Source of the DNA: an uncultured Actinomycetes bacterium
Lineage (GTDB): Bacteria > Actinomycetota > Thermoleophilia > Gaiellales > JAICJC01
Direction: 5' to 3'
Length of the DNA: 64,000 nucleotides
Assembly (NCBI GenBank): GCA_963706075.1
Contig: CAVPLP010000002.1
Location: 345,626 to 409,625, forward strand
Under the pieces are notes generated by a model that saw only the letters and a program-made list of their open reading frames with translations, was not told where the DNA came from and made no database searches. Shown in pieces: positions 57,465-64,000 of this stretch. The translations under genes were made by a program, and so were the position numbers. The first letter of the stretch is position 1. Each line of letters starts with the position of its first letter.

Positions 57465-58978
57465 GCCGCGGCGCCGCTGTCCGATCCGCTCGCGGGGTCG
57501 TAGGCCTCGAGCGGCCGGTCGAAGTAGTCGGACTCGTTGCGCCACTTGGCGTAGGCCATGAGCGCGACACCGAGCGCGAGCAGGACGTACAGGTACTCCA
57601 TGTTGCGCCCCGTCCATCCGCCGAGCCCGGGGATCGACCGCCAGATGACGTAACACAGGAAGAGCGCCGAGGCGACCGGGAAGACGCCGAGCTCGAGGAG
57701 GGGCCTCACCCCCTGAACCGCCAGGCGACGGTAGTAGACGGCCACCGCGAACCCGGTCGCCGCATAGAAGAGCGCGAAGAGCAGGCCGACGCTGCTCACG
57801 ACCGAGTCGAACACGGACTGCGTGCTCGAGCCGATCGCGTACAGCCAGATCCAGACGAACGCGATCGTCGCGCCGGCCAACATCGCCGCGACGGGCGTCT
57901 TGTACTTGGGATGCGTCCGGCCGAAGACCGGCGGCAGCACCTTGTCGAAGCCCATCGCGAACGTGACACGACCACCGGCGACGATGCAGGCGAGCGTGGA
58001 GCCGACCGCCGAGAACAGCACCGTGATGATCATGAGCTTCGCCAGCGCCGTGTCTCCGAGGACGCCCGCGATGTACGTGAGCGCGTTGTCGCCGTGCGCC
58101 TGAAGCGCGCCGTATCTGACCGCGCCCTGGAGCGCGAACGTGAAGACCGTGAAGAGCACGGCCACGGTCAGCACGCTCCCGATCACGGCTCGTCCCGGGT
58201 TGACCCGCGCGTCCTCGGTCTCCTCGTTCAGGAGGATCGCGGTGTCCCACCCGCTGTACATGTAGACGGCGATCAGGCTCGCGTTCACGAAGCCGGTGAC
58301 TCCGCCGAGCGTGCTCCACGAGAACCAGCTCCAGTCGAACGCCACCGAGTGCGAGCCGCCGCCGAAGATGCCCATCAGGGCGAGGATGCCCACGATCGTG
58401 ATCGCGACGTACTCGATCAGGATGAGGAGGCCCTGAAGGCGGGACGTCGCGCGGATGCCGACGTAGGCGACCGCCGTGACGAGGACGATCGCGATGGCGC
58501 CGATCAGCGCCGCGGCGACCGTCGAGTCCTCCCAGCGGTTCGACACGAGCGAGAGCGCGTACGGCCCGATCGGATAGGCGATCGACGTGGCGCCCAGGAA
58601 GTAGGCCAGGATGATGACCCAGCCGGTCATCCACCCGAAGTACGGCGAGATCGCGCGCCCGCCCCACACGTAGGTCGCGCCGCAGTTGACGTGCCACATG
58701 TTGAGGCGGCGGTAGGCCATGGCGATTCCGAGCATCGGCACGGCGCAGATGAGGACGGCGATGGGGCTCGCGTACGAGGTCGTGGCGACGATCGCCGAGA
58801 GCGTGAGCGCGATGGAGGCCGTCGGCGCCACCGACCCGAGCGCGATCACGACGTTCCCGACGAGGCTGAGCGCGTTCGCCCGGAGGTAGCCCGCGTGCTC
58901 TTGGCCTTCGTCGGCGGCGGACGTCACCGGGGCGTCCGTCGTCAGGTGAAGCGGCCCGGCGTGATGGTGCTCGCTCAT
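57461..58978 (-). CDS. APC amino acid/amine permease
   Basis: SVAPT.S, GATY.W, YSGWD..LNEE, HPKYKTP. Confidence 0.93.
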   Translation of the reverse strand: MSEHHHAGPLHLTTDAPVTSAADEGQEHAGYLRANALSLVGNVVIALGSVAPTASIALTLSAIVATTSYASPIAVLICAVPMLGIAMAYRRLNMWHVNCGATYVWGGRAISPYFGWMTGWVIILAYFLGATSIAYPIGPYALSLVSNRWEDSTVAAALIGAIAIVLVTAVAYVGIRATSRLQGLLILIEYVAITIVGILALMGIFGGGSHSVAFDWSWFSWSTLGGVTGFVNASLIAVYMYSGWDTAILLNEETEDARVNPGRAVIGSVLTVAVLFTVFTFALQGAVRYGALQAHGDNALTYIAGVLGDTALAKLMIITVLFSAVGSTLACIVAGGRVTFAMGFDKVLPPVFGRTHPKYKTPVAAMLAGATIAFVWIWLYAIGSSTQSVFDSVVSSVGLLFALFYAATGFAVAVYYRRLAVQGVRPLLELGVFPVASALFLCYVIWRSIPGLGGWTGRNMEYLYVLLALGVALMAYAKWRNESDYFDRPLEAYDPASGSDSGAAA

Positions 58979-58988
58979 TGAGACCCTC

Positions 58989-60930
58989 CTAGGACGAGTG
59001 CTCGGGGTGGCAGGCGTGCGGCGGAGGCGGCACGTCGAGGGCGGGGTTCTGGTCGAAGAACCCGTCCGGCATGAGCGTGAAGCCGATGCGGACGACCGGC
59101 ATCACGGGCCAGTCCTCGACGCGGGCGATGTGGTGGCTTCCGAACGTGTACCAGGCGACGAGGTTCGTGCCCTCGATCGAGCGGTCGGCCGCGGTCCACT
59201 CCGGGAGCCCCGCGCCGCCGGGGTGCTGGTTGGGGTACTCGCCCGCCGGGTAGCGCTCACGCGGCGCGTAGGGCGTCACCCACAGGTGCTTCGTCACGAA
59301 CCCGGCGCGCGCGCAGGCCGCTCGAGCCCTCGGCGGCGAACGGCAGCACGTTCGATCCCGGGACGAGCTTGTAGGCGACGGGGTCGCCGACCGTGTTTCG
59401 CCGGTCGGGGTTCGAGAACCGCCAGAAGCGAGCCGACAGCGGGTCGATCAGCTGCTGCGCGTCGCGCTCGCTCGAGAGCTGGGTCGCGACCGCCTTGAAC
59501 GCGTTTCCGTAGGGATTCTCGGGGCCGGCCGGGACGGACTCGGTGTGCACCTCGTGCACGTCGTTTCGGTGGCCGTCGACGGCCATGTCGAGCCGGACGC
59601 AGAAGAAGTGCTGGTGGTTCAGCGCCGAGAGGCCGGGGCTCACGAGGCGGCCGTACTCCGGCTTCTCGCCGGGGTGCACGGCGGAGGTGAGCACGATGCC
59701 GGTCAGCTTCACCTCGGTCTCGATCGTCCCGTCCTGGTACAGGTACCAGTAGAACGCGTACTCGTAGTTCGCGGCGGTGATGATCGACGAGATGACGAAG
59801 CGCCGCGAGCGGCGCACCTCCGAGTCCTCGGCCTGCCAGTCGTAGTGCTTCCAGAGCAGGCCGTAGTCCTCCTCGTGCATGCAGATCGCGTTCCCGATCG
59901 TGATGGGCTCGCCGTGGCTGTCGTGGACGACGGCGTCGAGGTAGCGGATCTCGCCGAGGCAGTCGCAGCCCAGCTCGAGCGAGTTCGTCATCGGGCCGAT
60001 GCCGTACTCGCCGATGTCGTAGGCGTTCGTGCGGAAGCGGCCCGGGCTCGGGTCGCCGTAGGGGATGACGAGCTCGGCATACGACGCCCGGTGCACGATC
60101 GGCCGCCACCGGTCCTGGTCGTGGTAGGAGATCGTGTGCAGGACGAGCCCCTCGCGCGGCGTGAAGCCGACACGGAACCGCCACTTCTGCCACCGCACCT
60201 CGCGGCCTTCGACCTCGAAGCTCGGGCCCTCGGGCTGGACGACCTCGAGCGGCCGCACGTCGTCGCGAAGCGGGCCGACCTGGTCCGGCCGGTACGCGCC
60301 GGACGCCTCCGGGACGGGGACGTCGCTCGTGTCCTCGACGCGCAGCACCTCCATCGTGTTCAGGTCGACGACGGTGTAGAGGCCCTCGATCGGTCGGGCG
60401 TACGCGTTGTCGGCGAGGCTCTCGCGGTACCAGCACGGCGTCCACGCCAGCCGCCGGCCCTGCTCGCCGGGCTCGGCATGGCCGCCCAGCGACCACGCCT
60501 CGGCCATCACGTTCTCGGGCTCGGAGATGCCCCGCCGCGCAAGCGCCTCGCGGAAGCGCGGGTCGGCGCGGACCGCCTGCTCGCACTCGACGTACTCGTC
60601 GAGGGTGATCGCGGCCTGCACGCCGGGCACGGTGTCCCAGGTGCCGATGGCGCCGTCGTCCAGCGACACCACCGCCTCGTGGGTCGTCTGTGCGGTGCGG
60701 TCGGCCACGACGACCGCGGCCTCGCGCGGGATCGGCTCGCCCGCTTCGTGCCGGGCCAGCTCGTCCTTCTCGGGCTCCCGCAGCGAGATGTCGACGAAGC
60801 GAGCCTCGTCGCCCAACCCGCGCCCCTCGCGGAGGATCGCGACCGTGCGGGCGATCTCGTCGGTGGTCAGCGGGTCGAGCGGATGGGCGACGCCCCGATC
60901 GGTCCGGGTCGCGTCGGTGGTGGCTGCCAT
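58989..60930 (-). CDS. tynA: Copper/topaquinone primary amine oxidase, frameshift near 59310
   Basis: HPLDPL, LGCDCLG, TAANYEY (TPQ site), HQH, C-terminal H..R.EDWPVMP. Confidence 0.95.
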
Positions 60931-60970
60931 GGGATCTCCTCTGCAACTGCGGCGGCACATGCCGGACGCA

Positions 60971-61010
60971 CAGAATGTTGATCCTAAGACAGTTTTCTGG
61001 ACGGTGTCAA
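60971..61010 (-). promoter_or_regulatory. Sigma70 promoter TTGACA-N18-TAGGAT overlapped by a CAGAA-N19-TTCTG inverted repeat
   Basis: -35 at 61005-61010, -10 at 60981-60986. Confidence 0.8.
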
Positions 61011-61019
61011 CCGCGCGCG

Positions 61020-61040
61020 CCGGAGCCCGCAAGGCTCCGG
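61020..61040 (-). terminator. Hairpin terminator
   Basis: CCGGAGCC/GGCTCCGG. Confidence 0.65.
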
Positions 61041-61064
61041 TAGATGTCCGCGAGCGTGCGGAGG

Positions 61065-61356
61065 TTAGGGGGTCGTGCGGCGCGCTCTTGACCGCAGGCG
61101 GTCGCGGAGGCTGATCGTCGCGGTGTCCGCGATCGACTCCTCGAACGGCCGTCGACTCGGGCTCGACCCCGTCGATGGGCTCCTCGATCACCGTCCCCTC
61201 GAGCACGATGGGCTGGTTTTCGAGCTCAGCCCGAAGCGAGTCGATCCGTTCGAGCAGCATCAGCATCGCCTTGCCCGTCGCGCGCTGGTCGGCGGCCGGG
61301 CTCTGGCACAGCGATTCGGCCCAGCTGCGAACCTCGCGTTCCTGCAGGTCATCCAT
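61065..61356 (-). CDS. Small hypothetical protein, probable frameshift near 61150
   Basis: MDDLQEREVRSW...; removing one base gives FEESIAD...TTP-stop just before the terminator. Confidence 0.55.
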
Positions 61357-61470
61357 GCGTTCATTGTCGCAGGCTCGGGCCGAGCAGGGCAAGCGCTGTA
61401 TGTGCCGTTGATTGCAGTTTCATCCGGTCTGGGTGACGCTGAACACCGGCTCCGGTGCCATCGTCGGGGG

Positions 61471-61881
61471 ATGGACACCGAGAATGGCCGGGCTCGCTCG
61501 CTGGCCGGACTGATCCAGCAGCTGAGCCAGGACGTGGCCGCCCTCGTGCGCGGCGAGCTCGCCCTGGCGACGGCGGAGCTCCAGCAGAAGGCGAAGCGGT
61601 TCCAGACGGGGATCGGGATGATGGTCGCGGCGGCCGTGCTGGTCGTGATGGCACTCGGGGCGCTCACGGCGGCATGTGTGATGGGCCTGGCCGAATTCAT
61701 GCCCGGCTGGCTGGCCGCCCTCATCGTGACCCTGGTCCTGATAGTGATCGCGGCCGGGCTGGCACTCGCCGGGAAGCGCAGCATCGAACGGGGGTCGCCG
61801 CCACTTCCGAACGAGACGATCGACGCGGTCAAGGAGGACGTCACGTGGATACGGAATCGAGCGAGGTCAGGGATCAGGTAG
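61471..61881 (+). CDS. Phage holin family (DUF1469/YqjE-like) membrane protein
   Basis: SL..LI.QL..D...LVR.E..LA..E, two TMs, P.ETI..VKED..W. Confidence 0.9.
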   Translation: MDTENGRARSLAGLIQQLSQDVAALVRGELALATAELQQKAKRFQTGIGMMVAAAVLVVMALGALTAACVMGLAEFMPGWLAALIVTLVLIVIAAGLALAGKRSIERGSPPLPNETIDAVKEDVTWIRNRARSGIR

Positions 61882-62318
61882 ATCAGGCCCGGGCCAGGCT
61901 GGGCGACACCGTCGAGGCGCTGGCCTACAGGATCAACGCACCTGCGCGAGCGCGCGATCGGATCGCGCGGTCCGTGGGTCGCGGCAAGGAGCGCGCGACG
62001 GGCGCCCGCGCCGCAGCCGTGGGCGGAGCGGCCGTCACGGCGACCGTCGCCGGCGCAGCCGGGGCGCACCGGGTGTGGGAGCGGAGCGGACGGCCCGACG
62101 TCGTCCGCACGGCGGTCGTGGTCAAGCCCGCGCTCCGCGGCACGATGCGCGCCCGCAAGGCCAAGAAGGAAGGCCGCGATGTGCGCGTCCAGCACCTGCT
62201 GGGGTACGTGGCCGTCGCGATCTTCCTCACCTGGCTGACCAAGACGCTCGAGGAGATGATCGACCGCTGGGGCGAGCCGACGACTAGCGTGGTGCTTGCG
62301 GCAATCGTCTCAATATGA
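61845..62318 (+). CDS. DUF3618 domain protein
   Basis: VRDQV..AR..LGDTVEALA; usual partner of the upstream gene. Confidence 0.75.
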   Translation: MDTESSEVRDQVDQARARLGDTVEALAYRINAPARARDRIARSVGRGKERATGARAAAVGGAAVTATVAGAAGAHRVWERSGRPDVVRTAVVVKPALRGTMRARKAKKEGRDVRVQHLLGYVAVAIFLTWLTKTLEEMIDRWGEPTTSVVLAAIVSI

Positions 62319-62386
62319 GATCATCGCCGTGAAGTGGGCCGTCAGGCGGGGGCATCCGTCTGACCGAGGGTGTTGGGGCAGGGGGC

Positions 62387-63523
62387 GTGCGTCCTGGGTT
62401 CCGGGCATGGGTCGTGGTCACGGTCGGCCTGCTGGTTGGGCTGATATCGCCGACGCGCACCAGCGTCGCGACATCCGCCGTCGTAGCCCGCGCCGCCTGC
62501 ACGATTCGGGGCACGCAGGGAGCCGACGTCTTGGTGGGCACGCCGGGCCGGGACGTGATCTGCGCCGGAGGCGGGGCCGATACCGTGAACGGCATGGGCG
62601 GACCCGACATCATCCGTGGGGGTGGCGGCAGCGACTCGCTCCACGGCAACGAGGGCGGCGACATCCTGGTTGCCGGCATCGGTCGTGACAGCCTGAGCGG
62701 TGGTCGCGGAACGGACAGGCTCGTGGCGCGCGACCGCCAACCGTTCGACCGTCTGGATGGCGGTCCCGGCACCGACCTGTGTATCGCCGACGCCGAGGAT
62801 CACCGCACCGCCTGCGCCCATCCGCGGGTGTTGTCGCACCGAACCGCGATTCCGATACTGGAGTATCACGTGATCGCGATCGCCCCGTCGACCGCTCCCT
62901 TTCCGGCGCTCTGGGTCCCTCCACGGGAGTTTGCTGAGGAGATGCGGTACCTCGATAGCCACGGGTATCACGTGATCAGCCTCCAGCAGGCGTACGACTA
63001 CTGGCACGGCGGCGATCTGCCCCCGCGTCCGATCGTGGTCAGCTTCGACGACGGTTACCGCAGTCAGTACCGCAGTGCCATGCCAATCCTGGCCCGCCAC
63101 GGATGGGCCGGCGTGCTCAATCTTGTCGTCCACAACCTCCGCTCACACGAACTGGGGCCACGGCGGGTGCGCACCATGATCTCGCGCGGCTGGGAGGTGG
63201 ACTCGCACACGCTGACCCACCCCGACCTGACGGGCCTTGGCTCCGACGCCCTCCGGACGCAGGTGGGCCGGTCGCGAACGCTCCTGCGCCGGGCGTTCCA
63301 CATCCCGGTCAACTTCTTCTGCTACCCGTCAGGCCGATTCGACGCAGCGGTGATCAGCGCGGTCCGCCGCGCCGGCTACCTGCTCGCGACCACGACGATC
63401 GCGGGGCTCGGACGTCCATCCGAGCCCGACACGCTCCGCAGGATCCAGATCTTTCCCGGCGACGGAGCCGGCGGCCTTGCAGCGAAACTGGCGCTGTTCC
63501 GCGACCTCGCGTCGCGCGGATGA
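62387..63523 (+). CDS. Secreted polysaccharide deacetylase with RTX-like Ca-binding repeats
   Basis: GGxGxD repeats, PILEYH, SFDDGY, SHTLTH, FCYPSG. Confidence 0.9.
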   Translation: MRPGFRAWVVVTVGLLVGLISPTRTSVATSAVVARAACTIRGTQGADVLVGTPGRDVICAGGGADTVNGMGGPDIIRGGGGSDSLHGNEGGDILVAGIGRDSLSGGRGTDRLVARDRQPFDRLDGGPGTDLCIADAEDHRTACAHPRVLSHRTAIPILEYHVIAIAPSTAPFPALWVPPREFAEEMRYLDSHGYHVISLQQAYDYWHGGDLPPRPIVVSFDDGYRSQYRSAMPILARHGWAGVLNLVVHNLRSHELGPRRVRTMISRGWEVDSHTLTHPDLTGLGSDALRTQVGRSRTLLRRAFHIPVNFFCYPSGRFDAAVISAVRRAGYLLATTTIAGLGRPSEPDTLRRIQIFPGDGAGGLAAKLALFRDLASRG

Positions 63524-63552
63524 GATTCCACGCACCGCGCTAGCGTGCGCCG

Positions 63553-64000
63553 ATGGCGCGGATGACACGCGAAGCGCTCCTGGCATGGTACGGCGAGAAC
63601 GCGCGAGATCTCCCGTGGCGCCATACGCACGACCCGTACGCGATCTTGGTTTCTGAAGTCATGCTGCAGCAGACGCAGGTCGTCCGCGTCGTGCCGCGCT
63701 ACGAGGAGTGGCTCGCGCGGTGGCCGACCGTCGAGACGCTCGCCGCCGCGACGCCGGCCGACGTCATCCAGGCGTGGAGCGGGCTCGGATACAACCGCCG
63801 TGCGGTCAACCTGCACCGGTGCGCCCAGGCGGTCGTCGCGCGCGGCGGCTTTCCGCGGCAGCCGGAGGAGCTCCGGAAGCTGCCCGGCATCGGGCCCTAC
63901 ACCGCCGCGGCGATCGCGTGCTTCGCATTCGGCGCCCAGATCGCCGCTCCCGACACCAACGCCCGTCGTGTGCTCGAGCGCGCCTTCCCCGGCATCGACG
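63553..64000 (+). CDS. mutY: A/G-specific adenine glycosylase (partial, runs off the window)
   Basis: Translated by hand: RDLPWR, SEVMLQQTQ, WSGLGY, LPGIGPYTAAAI. Confidence 0.93.
   Translation, partial: MARMTREALLAWYGENARDLPWRHTHDPYAILVSEVMLQQTQVVRVVPRYEEWLARWPTVETLAAATPADVIQAWSGLGYNRRAVNLHRCAQAVVARGGFPRQPEELRKLPGIGPYTAAAIACFAFGAQIAAPDTNARRVLERAFPGID

Noticed and set aside
55780-59320. Programmed frameshifting in the amine operon
   Set aside because: No slippery heptamers, and similar indels are scattered across unrelated genes.
59257-61392. 711-aa amine oxidase with an N-terminal extension
   Set aside because: The apparent extension crosses a terminator and a consensus promoter; it is a separate frameshifted small gene.

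Overview
High-GC, gene-dense chromosomal window. The gene content and many leaderless TANNNT promoters fit a deep-branching actinobacterium (Thermoleophilia/Gaiellales-like; this is inference). Housekeeping anchors are secG-tRNA-Leu(GAG), selD, gltX-cysS-rlmB-NYN-sigH-tRNA-Thr(TGT) and mutY. Accessory modules are: a three-gene secreted fibre/pilus-like cluster with SipW-type signal peptides; a USP/APC-USP/Kup potassium-uptake operon preceded by a non-canonical tRNA-like cloverleaf and 11-bp-period repeats; a sigma factor/MEDS anti-sigma pair facing a glyoxalase-oxidoreductase-MFS-SDR operon; a polyamine-type ABC transporter with no ATPase; two c-di-GMP enzymes behind sigma28-like promoters; and a copper amine oxidase catabolic operon. 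About ten genes carry single-base frameshifts that look like long-read errors. I found no CRISPR array, rRNA, integrase or transposase. All calls come from reading motifs by eye; no searches were run.
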